Virus record (IMG/VR): IMGVR_UViG_3300033571_014797
Location: 2,145-66,144 of that record
Strand: one strand, 5' to 3'
Length of the DNA: 64,000 nt
Source: a virus
Lineage: Duplodnaviria; Caudoviricetes
The position numbers and the translations under genes are program-made. Shown piece after piece: positions 20,198 to 28,936 of the stretch. Numbering within the stretch: the first letter of the stretch is position 1; each line of letters starts with the position of its first letter. The notes below the pieces were generated by a model. The model made no database searches. It was given only the letters and a program-made list of their open reading frames with translations, and had not been told where the DNA came from.

Positions 20198-20642
20198 AGT
20201 CTTCCATTCCTGCAACTTTAAGCTTTACTAGGTTACTCAATTGCCATTGTTTACTGTCAATGCCTTTCATTATGCCCAACCATTTATTTCGTAATAACGC
20301 AACTTCATTTATAATTGTTTCATAATCTACAACTTCTTGTTCGCCTTCAACGTATTTTTCTGCGTCGCGACTACTAAGTGCGCGAGCATAATGCTCGAGA
20401 TATTTTTGAAAGTGTTTACGTCTAATAACACGAACTTGAATATTTAAATAATTTAATACTGCTTCAATTTCCTGTAATTGATTAAAACGATGTTCAGTTA
20501 TGCCTGGCAACATACTGATAGATTTTTCTACATTACCTTTTATAGTAATATCATACTTGGCCTGCGCCAATTCATTTTCATAATATGCAATGAATTCTGG
20601 CACAGAACCAAGATCAGATACTACTTTTGAATACCACATCAA
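20187..20642 (-). CDS. uvsY: UvsY-like recombination mediator
   Basis: Y.RALSSRDAEKYVEGE...K.WQLSN; downstream of uvsX. Confidence 0.75.
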   Translation of the reverse strand: MMWYSKVVSDLGSVPEFIAYYENELAQAKYDITIKGNVEKSISMLPGITEHRFNQLQEIEAVLNYLNIQVRVIRRKHFQKYLEHYARALSSRDAEKYVEGEQEVVDYETIINEVALLRNKWLGIMKGIDSKQWQLSNLVKLKVAGMEDFSI

Positions 20643-20851
20643 TCTTCTTCATCAGTTTGTTCAAATTCAATATGTTCTTTAATGGCACTAAGCATAGCTT
20701 TATCAACTGCTAGATCTTGAAGATCACTGTCATCTATTCCTAAATCAATTAATTCATTGATGATGTGATCTGCTGCTGCTTGACGATCTTTACTTGGAAT
20801 ATATTCTTTGACAGTTTGCCACATAGCAATAAGATATTCTGTATCACTCAT
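20639..20851 (-). CDS. Hypothetical protein
   Basis: Small acidic ORF between uvsX and uvsY. Confidence 0.55.
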   Translation of the reverse strand: MSDTEYLIAMWQTVKEYIPSKDRQAAADHIINELIDLGIDDSDLQDLAVDKAMLSAIKEHIEFEQTDEED

Positions 20852-21905
20852 TTTCTACTACTTCCTCATTTTCAACATTAATGTTAGAAGTATTATCTTC
20901 CTTCCATTCATTAATGATTGTCATTAATTTATCATCTGTCCAACCTTTTCTAAATTCCTTTATAATTTCCCCCGTAACAGAACTTGTATAAACTAGTTTG
21001 TTACCATCTTTTTGAAGAATACCTTTTGCTTCGAACATGTCAAGCAATCCACTAGTAGGGCTCATCCCAGTTTCGTATGGAATTTCAACTTGTACTGATT
21101 CAAATGGTTTTGCATAACGTGTTTTCATAACCTTACAAGCACTACGAATACCATGTACTTGACTAGTCTTGTTGCCATCAGCATCAGTCTTTAACTTTAA
21201 CTTACGCATAGCTACCACAATACTACTTGCATAGATAAATCCCTGTCCGCCACTGATCTTGTCATCAGGATCGAACATGTCTTGACTAGCATATGTATGA
21301 TTTGTACAAACCATACCAACATTCATACTACCAAACATATTAACACAATTACGAACAAGTGCTGTTAATGCTTTGGGCTTGCGTCCCATGTCTCCCTTCA
21401 TTTCACCAGCTTCAAACTGGTTAACGTCAGTGGGCGTTAGCAACATACCTAAACTGTCGATTACAAAAAGTACCTTGGGACGTTCTGTTGCATCTAATCC
21501 TTTATATGACTTCATAAATTCACTGATTGTCTTAGCAACATCATCAATCATTGCCATGTTTAGTTTTAAAAGTTTATCTTCGCTAGTATCTACGCCCAGG
21601 GCATGTAGCCAAGATTCGTCTAGCGCATTTTCGCTATCAATAAGCACAACATAAATGCCCTGCTCCTGCGCATGTCTAATAATATTACCTGAACAAATAT
21701 ATGATTTACCAGCGCCTGATTCGCCAGCAAATACTGTTACTTTGCCAAGTGGAATACCTTTATGAAAGTCTCCACTAATAAGATAATTTAATGTATAATT
21801 TCCAGTCGAGATCCAATCGGTTGGATCATTAAATCCAAAACTAAGGCCATCAATGCTCTTAGTAAGATCTTTACGAAATTTAGAAATATCAAAAGGTTTT
21901 GCCAT
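20844..21905 (-). CDS. uvsX: UvsX/RecA-like recombinase
   Basis: AGESGAGKS, IDSENALD, VIDSLG, SGGQGFIYASS. Confidence 0.9.
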   Translation of the reverse strand: MAKPFDISKFRKDLTKSIDGLSFGFNDPTDWISTGNYTLNYLISGDFHKGIPLGKVTVFAGESGAGKSYICSGNIIRHAQEQGIYVVLIDSENALDESWLHALGVDTSEDKLLKLNMAMIDDVAKTISEFMKSYKGLDATERPKVLFVIDSLGMLLTPTDVNQFEAGEMKGDMGRKPKALTALVRNCVNMFGSMNVGMVCTNHTYASQDMFDPDDKISGGQGFIYASSIVVAMRKLKLKTDADGNKTSQVHGIRSACKVMKTRYAKPFESVQVEIPYETGMSPTSGLLDMFEAKGILQKDGNKLVYTSSVTGEIIKEFRKGWTDDKLMTIINEWKEDNTSNINVENEEVVENE

Positions 21906-21914
21906 GTTTTTTCC

Positions 21915-22682
21915 TTACTTTGTAAATATAACATCGTTGCCAATTAAGGCAAAATTTTTCATAAACAGTGTTCTGTATTCAGTTAAATTCTCTTGTAAAT
22001 TTTCAAAATTAGCTATTAAAAGTTCATTTGGTCTGGGTACGCAATTCATTTCTTTACACCAATTGACATATTCAACAGGTGGTTCTTGCGTATAGGTTCG
22101 ATTCAAATTAACTAAAAGTTGATTTGAAAATTGTTGATAATCATTCGTATCGCTAGAATGTACGTTATTATCAAAAAATTCCCATTTATTATAAGTGCTT
22201 CGTCCCAGCAAATCATAACGTAAGATAATATTTGATTTTCCAAAGATAGGTTTTATATTGCGTGGACTTTCGGTAAACAATGCAGTTTTACTAGTAACTC
22301 TTACTATCCACGCAGATTCTAGATCATGTAATATTTTATTAATACTATCTATGGAAAATTTAATACTTCGATCATTTAATTTGTCTGCGGGTATTAAATT
22401 CATTTGATGCATCTGCACCCAGGTTTTATGTAATTTATTGAGTTCAAATTGATTTACAGGGTTAAAATTATTAGCAATGTCTACTAACGGATCAATAAAA
22501 TCAATCCCTTGAGTTTGTAAATCTATTAATATATTTTTTAAAGTTTCCATTTGTGAAAGTTTATGTAATTGAGAACTTCCCCAAATATGATTAGAATGTT
22601 GTTCTAACCAAAATTCAGTTAGCTCATTATCAATTGCAACACAGTTGATAAAATCACCTGTTCTTTTCCAAACTAATTTCAT
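21915..22682 (-). CDS. Hypothetical AT-rich protein (resembles 33028-34191)
   Basis: LNKLHKTW..INKILHDLE..LLGRS pattern. Confidence 0.6.
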   Translation of the reverse strand: MKLVWKRTGDFINCVAIDNELTEFWLEQHSNHIWGSSQLHKLSQMETLKNILIDLQTQGIDFIDPLVDIANNFNPVNQFELNKLHKTWVQMHQMNLIPADKLNDRSIKFSIDSINKILHDLESAWIVRVTSKTALFTESPRNIKPIFGKSNIILRYDLLGRSTYNKWEFFDNNVHSSDTNDYQQFSNQLLVNLNRTYTQEPPVEYVNWCKEMNCVPRPNELLIANFENLQENLTEYRTLFMKNFALIGNDVIFTK

Positions 22683-22741
22683 TTAAAAATCCAAAAGAAG
22701 AATAGGTGAGGCAATTTAAATATCGCCTCACCTTTATATAA

Positions 22742-23740
22742 TTAAGACTTGCGATTACGAATCATTGCAAGAATTTCTTCTGCACGAGGATTCGCTGCCT
22801 TAGCTGTTTCTGTAACAACAGGGGCGCTAGCAGCAGGCTCATTATCCTCCCACGGAGCAGTCTCCACTTTAGGAGCGGCTGCAACAGGTGCTGGACGAGC
22901 AACAGTTGTCGGGGCTGGCGTAGAAACATCTTCCGCATCTGGATTGCTTCCTATACCTGCCGGCTTGTAATACTGACTCCAACGATCAGGATCATATGTT
23001 TGCCCATCAACTGATGCTTCAAACATTTCCTTAATAATACGGAGTTCAGTCTCTCCTGGCTTCTTTGGTAAGAAGTCTTTCAGGTTAAACAAGCCATATG
23101 TGTCGATTGCTGCACGTTCAGCGGCTGTAAGTGCAGACTCTTTGCGAGCCCACTTGCTAGTGCTGTAATCTGCATACTGACCTTTAGTAGTCTTGGTAAT
23201 GGAGAAATCCAAGCCACGATCATAATCAGTAGGCAGTTCTTCAACCTCAGTGTCCTTTAACACTGCGGTAATCACAGGGTAGATGCTGGGGGACACTACA
23301 AACCTGCGAATTGGATTTTCAGGAACATTATCTTCGTTCATTGGAGATTCACGAACAAAGCCCTGAAATAGATAGCTGCGCTTCTTCCAATACTTACGTC
23401 CCATGTCTTCAAGGCTCTTGTCCTTAAACCATGTACGTACTTCAGTTAGAATCGGACAAGTTTCATTATACATTTCCATACATGGTACTTGTACAATAAC
23501 TGGCTTGCTGCCAGGCTGTCCCTTAACGCCGCTAAATGGGAGACGAATCATTGCTCGTTCTACCCAGAAAAACATGTTTGAATTATCACCGTCGGGAAGA
23601 AAGCGGACTCTTGATGTTGTGCCTTCTGGAATGTTCCAGTGAGGGAAGACTGAGTTGTCTCTATTTCCGCTTGAGGAATTGCCGCTGCTGCGGTTTTCCA
23701 TCTCTTGTAGTTTTGCTCTAATTTCTGCCAATGAAGCCAT
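22742..23740 (-). CDS. Single-stranded DNA-binding protein (gp32-like)
   Basis: VRFLPD, CPIL, KYWKKRSY, YADYSTS.W; next to uvsX. Confidence 0.85.
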   Translation of the reverse strand: MASLAEIRAKLQEMENRSSGNSSSGNRDNSVFPHWNIPEGTTSRVRFLPDGDNSNMFFWVERAMIRLPFSGVKGQPGSKPVIVQVPCMEMYNETCPILTEVRTWFKDKSLEDMGRKYWKKRSYLFQGFVRESPMNEDNVPENPIRRFVVSPSIYPVITAVLKDTEVEELPTDYDRGLDFSITKTTKGQYADYSTSKWARKESALTAAERAAIDTYGLFNLKDFLPKKPGETELRIIKEMFEASVDGQTYDPDRWSQYYKPAGIGSNPDAEDVSTPAPTTVARPAPVAAAPKVETAPWEDNEPAASAPVVTETAKAANPRAEEILAMIRNRKS

Positions 23741-23875
23741 TTTAGTTTTCCTTTCTTTTGCCTAAATGTGCCATGAAAGACAACCGCTGTTGCCTTACAT
23801 GTTTATTTATACAACAAATATAACATAAGGGCAAATATAGAATAAATATTTTTTTTAACAAATCGAAAGAAATTT

Positions 23876-25225
23876 ATGGCTTATAATCTAGAAAGTTTTT
23901 GTCCTGAACCTTGGTCTCAAATTGAAATTAGTTTATCAGGAGATTACAAAATTTGTTGCCTTGCTCATTTCTCACAAGATTTTGGAATGGCAATGGACAA
24001 AAACGGAAATATAATGAATGTTTTAACGCACTCTTTTCAAGAAGCATTAAACAGTGAAACACACAAAGAACAACGATTAGATTATAGCAATAATGTTAAA
24101 CCTCAAAGATGTAGAAATTGTTATGATTCAGAAGATAGTACACGTCGTCCTGAAAAACCAGGCGGAATTAGTAAACGACAACGACTGTTAACTGAAACTG
24201 CAATTGAAATTCCAGAATATGTAACTATAGATACAGTTGATCAATTTACACAACCCGACGGCTCTGTTAATTCAAAAATTGTTAATTTACATTTGAGATT
24301 TGGAAATTTATGCAATTATAAATGCTTGATGTGTAGTCCTAATAGTAGTAATCTTTGGTATGATGATTGGGTAGCTATACAAAAACCCGGCATTAAAAAG
24401 AATGTGTTTAGCATGGGATATAAAAAATATGCTATTACTAAAGACGAACATGATCGAAGCAGAATGGATTTTCCTGCTTGGTGGGAAACAGATATTTGGT
24501 GGGAACGTTTTACTGAAATTATGCCCCAGTTACGTTACATATATTTTACTGGAGGCGAACCATTCTTAGTGCCTGCTTTAGGTAAATGTTTAGATATGTT
24601 AATTGAAGCAGACTTAGCTAAAGATATTACGTTAAGATTTGATACTAATTTGTCAGTGTTTAATAATAAAATTATATCAAGACTTGAAAAATTTAAAAAG
24701 ATTATAATGTGCGTGAGTATTGACGAAACTGGCGAACGATACAATTTAGTACGTAATGGCGGTGACTGGGATAATTTTATAAAGAATTTAAAAATTCTTA
24801 AATCTACTGATATGCATATCGAATATATTTCTGCTAGTATCGGTATAGCTACATTATATGTTATTCCTAGAGTTTGTGAAGTCAGTAACGAATATAAAGT
24901 TAGAGCATTTTTTAGATTTTTAGAAGGACCTAAATGGCTAGATATTAGATATTTGCCTACTAGTGCTAAACAAGAAATAATTGAAAAATATCAAGAATTA
25001 GAAAAAAATAACACTAATCCCAATCATACTTTTTGGTATAAAAGCGTTTACAAATTGTTGAACAAATATATGGACGAATCTTTTACAAATTACGAGCACT
25101 TAAATGAATTTGTTAGAGTTATGGATATTCTAGATTCAACACGCAATTTAAATTGGCGCGAAACTTTGCCCGACACTTATGATCTACTAAAACGTCATTG
25201 CGGAAGTAAACTCATTAAACTATAA
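23876..25225 (+). CDS. Radical SAM protein with N-terminal Twitch/SPASM-like domain
   Basis: CPEPW..CC..CRNC, then CNYKCLMC and FTGGEPF. Confidence 0.85.
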   Translation: MAYNLESFCPEPWSQIEISLSGDYKICCLAHFSQDFGMAMDKNGNIMNVLTHSFQEALNSETHKEQRLDYSNNVKPQRCRNCYDSEDSTRRPEKPGGISKRQRLLTETAIEIPEYVTIDTVDQFTQPDGSVNSKIVNLHLRFGNLCNYKCLMCSPNSSNLWYDDWVAIQKPGIKKNVFSMGYKKYAITKDEHDRSRMDFPAWWETDIWWERFTEIMPQLRYIYFTGGEPFLVPALGKCLDMLIEADLAKDITLRFDTNLSVFNNKIISRLEKFKKIIMCVSIDETGERYNLVRNGGDWDNFIKNLKILKSTDMHIEYISASIGIATLYVIPRVCEVSNEYKVRAFFRFLEGPKWLDIRYLPTSAKQEIIEKYQELEKNNTNPNHTFWYKSVYKLLNKYMDESFTNYEHLNEFVRVMDILDSTRNLNWRETLPDTYDLLKRHCGSKLIKL

Positions 25226-25260
25226 AAAAACAGCAAGTAATTTCTTACTTGCTGTCTTTT
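25224..25260. terminator. Bidirectional terminator between convergent genes
   Basis: A-run ACAGCAAGTAA tttc TTACTTGCTGT CTTTT. Confidence 0.65.
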
Positions 25261-25279
25261 ACTTAACATTTATTTTTTA

Positions 25280-26728
25280 TTAACGTAATCCAGCCATTTT
25301 TAATATCTGAGCTAACTGCTCAGCTGCTTCGCCTTCTGCTGAAACAGTTAGAGTTTTATTACCGGATTTTGAATCAAAATTCGAAGTAATGTTGACACTA
25401 GCTTCCTGTTCATCATGATGTGACATTGCATCGTCATGTGGCATCATATCACCACACTCTTCAATTTCAGCATCTACTTCTTCTTCAATTTCCTCACCGT
25501 CATTTATCATATCTTCAAGTTCTTTAATAACTTGATGTGGGAAAATTGATGGTCGTGCATCAGCAAAATCAGTACCTACAGCCTTACTTCCCAAACTAGC
25601 ATCATTACCAGGAGCTTTAACTTCTGGCTCTGGTTTAGTAAATGATCCTGTAGGAGGACTTACAGGTTGATCAGTTGGTTGAAATGTTCTATTATTCCAG
25701 GGATTTGCAGGTTTAGCAGGTGTAGCAGGTTGCTGCTGTAGTTGTCTTTCTAATCCAGATCCTGGAGGAATATTTCCCGGGACATTTCTAAATCCGCTAT
25801 TTGGTGTAGATGGCGGAGCAGCAGGCAATGGCGGAAGTGGCTGTGCTTTTGGAGGAGTATTTCTGCTTTGATCTGGATCTGTAAACATCTCAGGTTGTCT
25901 AGTAATAGGCGCTGCTTGCGGAGGAGTATCTGATGGTGCTGCTGATGTACTAGGAGCAGGCTCTACCTTAGGCGCAGGAGCAGGAGCAGTTGGTTTAGTT
26001 AAATCAAAATTTCCTGGAAACTTAGGCGCAGGGGTACTCATTCCAGGTGGCATCTGATATCTTTGTACAGGAGCAGTAGATCCTGGAGGACTTAGATCAG
26101 CAGCTTGAGGTCCTTCTGGTTCATACGGCTTTTTAGGATCAGGTTCACCAACTGGACTAGTTTGATATGGAATTGGACTTGGGCCTTCTCTATCAAAAGT
26201 TGACTGTGGCCCGGTCTTCCCTTTAGGTGCAGCGCCTTTAGTGCCGCCTGCACCTTGTTGTGGTTGTAGTGGTCGAACTTGTGGCTTTTCGCCTGCTATT
26301 TGTGTACCATATTGACGACCTTGCCAACTGAATGTAGAATCTCCGCGTTCTCTAGCAGCTCTAAATTCATCGCGGAAACTGCCTGCTTCTGGACTTGCTT
26401 TGGGATATACTGGATAATCGCCGCCTTGTGTTCTTTGTACTCTTGTTGGAGGTGTACCGCCTGCTGGAGCAGAGGCTCGAGGGGCTGCTGGAGCAGCTTG
26501 TGCATCTCTCATACGCTTGTCAGAAGCAAAAAAGTTTGCTGCGGTGTCATCATCTGAACCGCCTCTAGCAAATCCATATGGGCTATTGTTATTAGTACTA
26601 AAGCTTCCGTAATTATTTGGATCAGGATTAGCTGGTGCAGCAGCTTTCTTTTTAGGAGCTTCTGATAATCCAGCTAGTCTTCTGATATCACTAATATCTT
26701 CAATTAATTCTTTTTTGCCATTGGCCAT
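25280..26728 (-). CDS. Pro-rich low-complexity protein, probable internal head protein
   Basis: IRRLAGL and ILKMAGLR terminal motifs; FRAAR..G..TFSWQGRQYGT domain. Confidence 0.65.
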   Translation of the reverse strand: MANGKKELIEDISDIRRLAGLSEAPKKKAAAPANPDPNNYGSFSTNNNSPYGFARGGSDDDTAANFFASDKRMRDAQAAPAAPRASAPAGGTPPTRVQRTQGGDYPVYPKASPEAGSFRDEFRAARERGDSTFSWQGRQYGTQIAGEKPQVRPLQPQQGAGGTKGAAPKGKTGPQSTFDREGPSPIPYQTSPVGEPDPKKPYEPEGPQAADLSPPGSTAPVQRYQMPPGMSTPAPKFPGNFDLTKPTAPAPAPKVEPAPSTSAAPSDTPPQAAPITRQPEMFTDPDQSRNTPPKAQPLPPLPAAPPSTPNSGFRNVPGNIPPGSGLERQLQQQPATPAKPANPWNNRTFQPTDQPVSPPTGSFTKPEPEVKAPGNDASLGSKAVGTDFADARPSIFPHQVIKELEDMINDGEEIEEEVDAEIEECGDMMPHDDAMSHHDEQEASVNITSNFDSKSGNKTLTVSAEGEAAEQLAQILKMAGLR

Positions 26729-26752
26729 GTTCTTATCTCCGCGATAATTTAT

Positions 26753-28936
26753 TTATTTCAATCCTGCTAGGGTTAACATTCTGTTAATGCTTTCAGTTGC
26801 TTTGTCATCTTTTGGTACCGATGTTGATACTGTATCAGAGGATGTCGATGCAGCATTAGCAGGGGTTGGCGAATCTGTTCCGTCTCTTTCAGCTGCTTTG
26901 TCATCGGGTTTAATATTAGGTCTAATTGTTAATTCACGCGGCGAAATACTGTCTGGAGGAAGAACTTCTACATCAACAGTATCAGGTTTAAACACATTAG
27001 TTTTAGCTTTAGCTGCATCTGCTGGAGACATTTGCACAGTTGCTTTTTGACCTTTAGAAACTATGTCAGCATTAGCATCATTAGGTGCTTGTATAGAACC
27101 TGGCGTTCCTGTTATATCTTTAGGTGGTTCAATTTTTGGATCATCAGGGAAAGGAGTTCCTTGTGCTGCACGTTGTCTAGCAGCCCAACTTGGGTCGCCC
27201 GATATAGGAGCAGCCATTGTCTTAGGTGTAATTGGAACATATTTCTTGCCAGCGGAACTTCCGCCTCCTTGTTGTCCGCTTGCACCAGCTGTTCCTTGTG
27301 CTCCAGCGCTTGCGCCTGATCCAGGACTTCCAGACCCTGCATTTGGCGTTCCTTTTGAGGCTTGTCCTTTGGGTGCTGCGGCGACGCCTGCTGCGGAGGT
27401 AGACGATCCAGGCATTGGACCAAATATTCTCTCTACCTCTTCCGGACTTATTAACATTACTTCCACACCACGGGTAGTGTCTACTTCGGGTGGTTCTGTT
27501 TTTTGAGGTAACAAAATATCTTTTGCTATACTTGTAGGAGCGTCTGCAGGAGCAGGAGGCTGAGCAGGTTCAGCAGTTGTAGGCACACCTGTTCTCGGTG
27601 CTGTTGCAGGAGCAGATGCAATTGGCTCATCTTTTTTATCGCTTGGAGGTTCAACACTAAATGTACTAGGTTCTGTTGTTGTAATTACTTTTGGCGTTTG
27701 TGAAGCAGCATTAGCAGTTGGTATTGGCTTTTCAGGTGCTTTTACTACAGGTATATCTGTAGCAACAGGTTCCTGACTTGGACTAAGTGCTTGTGGTTCT
27801 TTTGGTTCCGGTGCTAGTTTTTTAATCGTCTTAATTGGTTTAGTGTCGGTTGGCACGTTAATCGTAGTTTGTGCAGGTTCTGGTGCTGTAATTGTCTGAG
27901 GAGCAAGCTGTTTAATAGGTTTTCTAACAGCAGGTGTTGGTACAGCAGGCTCTTCTGGCGGGATCAATATATCCTTTGCTATGCTTTTAATTGGCTTAGG
28001 TACAGGAGGAGTCTGTGTTACAGGTTTTGGCTCTTCAGGTGGAGTTAAAGTTTTAATTGGCTTAGGTACAGGAGGAGTCTGTGTTACAGGTTTTGGCTCT
28101 TCAGGTGGAGTTAAAGTTTTAATAGCTTTTGGGGTTTTAGGTTGTTGCTGTAACTGTCTTAATCTTTCTTGTTCTCTAGCCCAAGATGGATTTACATAAC
28201 CTGGAATATCGTCCCATTCCTGCTCAGGCGGAGTAACATCGACTTCAGGTTCAACTCTTTGTCTTCTGCCTTTTTTACCCCGTTGAGGCCTTTCTACAGG
28301 CTCGGGCTCGTCGTCTGGTTCGTAACTAGGAGTAGTGTAAACAGGATAGTCTCTACTATAACCTGGGCTTGTGCTGTATGTTCCTACGTCGGGGCTTGTT
28401 CCATATGTGCCTGTACCAGAACCATAACCGGTACTAGGATAACCTCCAGATCCTACTCCAGGAATACGTTGTATAGTACCATATCCTGAACCTGCACCTG
28501 TGCCAAATTGTCCGTTACCTGATCCTGGCACAGTTCCGTAACCTTGTCCAGTTCCTGTTTGCCCTCTGCCAGTTCCGTAAGTTCCTGTGCCAGCACCAGC
28601 ACCTGTTCCAACCTGACCGCGACCAGTTCCAATTGTACCTGAACCTGGTCCCGTGCCATATGTTCCTGCACCAGTTCCGGTTCCTGGACCAACACCTGTG
28701 CCTCGTCCAGGACCTATACCATCATCATCGTCGCCGCCAAAATCACGTCTAATACCTTGTCCTACTGCCCTAGATCTTTTTTCATCACTATAATCATATC
28801 TATGAGTACGTACAGTACCGTCTGGTAACTTTTCCTGCCAAGTTCTAGCTTGTTCTACTAATAATTGTTTCTCAGTTGATACTTTTTCTTTAGCTATACC
28901 TGATAATTCTTTAAGTCTATTAATATCTTCTGACAT
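26753..28936 (-). CDS. Gly/Pro-rich low-complexity protein, probable internal head protein
   Basis: EDINRLKELSG and ESINRMLTLAGLK termini; internal repeats. Confidence 0.65.
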   Translation of the reverse strand: MSEDINRLKELSGIAKEKVSTEKQLLVEQARTWQEKLPDGTVRTHRYDYSDEKRSRAVGQGIRRDFGGDDDDGIGPGRGTGVGPGTGTGAGTYGTGPGSGTIGTGRGQVGTGAGAGTGTYGTGRGQTGTGQGYGTVPGSGNGQFGTGAGSGYGTIQRIPGVGSGGYPSTGYGSGTGTYGTSPDVGTYSTSPGYSRDYPVYTTPSYEPDDEPEPVERPQRGKKGRRQRVEPEVDVTPPEQEWDDIPGYVNPSWAREQERLRQLQQQPKTPKAIKTLTPPEEPKPVTQTPPVPKPIKTLTPPEEPKPVTQTPPVPKPIKSIAKDILIPPEEPAVPTPAVRKPIKQLAPQTITAPEPAQTTINVPTDTKPIKTIKKLAPEPKEPQALSPSQEPVATDIPVVKAPEKPIPTANAASQTPKVITTTEPSTFSVEPPSDKKDEPIASAPATAPRTGVPTTAEPAQPPAPADAPTSIAKDILLPQKTEPPEVDTTRGVEVMLISPEEVERIFGPMPGSSTSAAGVAAAPKGQASKGTPNAGSGSPGSGASAGAQGTAGASGQQGGGSSAGKKYVPITPKTMAAPISGDPSWAARQRAAQGTPFPDDPKIEPPKDITGTPGSIQAPNDANADIVSKGQKATVQMSPADAAKAKTNVFKPDTVDVEVLPPDSISPRELTIRPNIKPDDKAAERDGTDSPTPANAASTSSDTVSTSVPKDDKATESINRMLTLAGLK
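27985..28123. repeat. 66-bp (22-aa) tandem duplication inside CDS
   Basis: IKTLTPPEEPKPVTQTPPVPKP x2, identical at DNA level. Confidence 0.85.

Noticed and set aside
27985-28123. Possible CRISPR-like array
   Set aside because: In-frame tandem coding duplication with no spacers and no cas genes.
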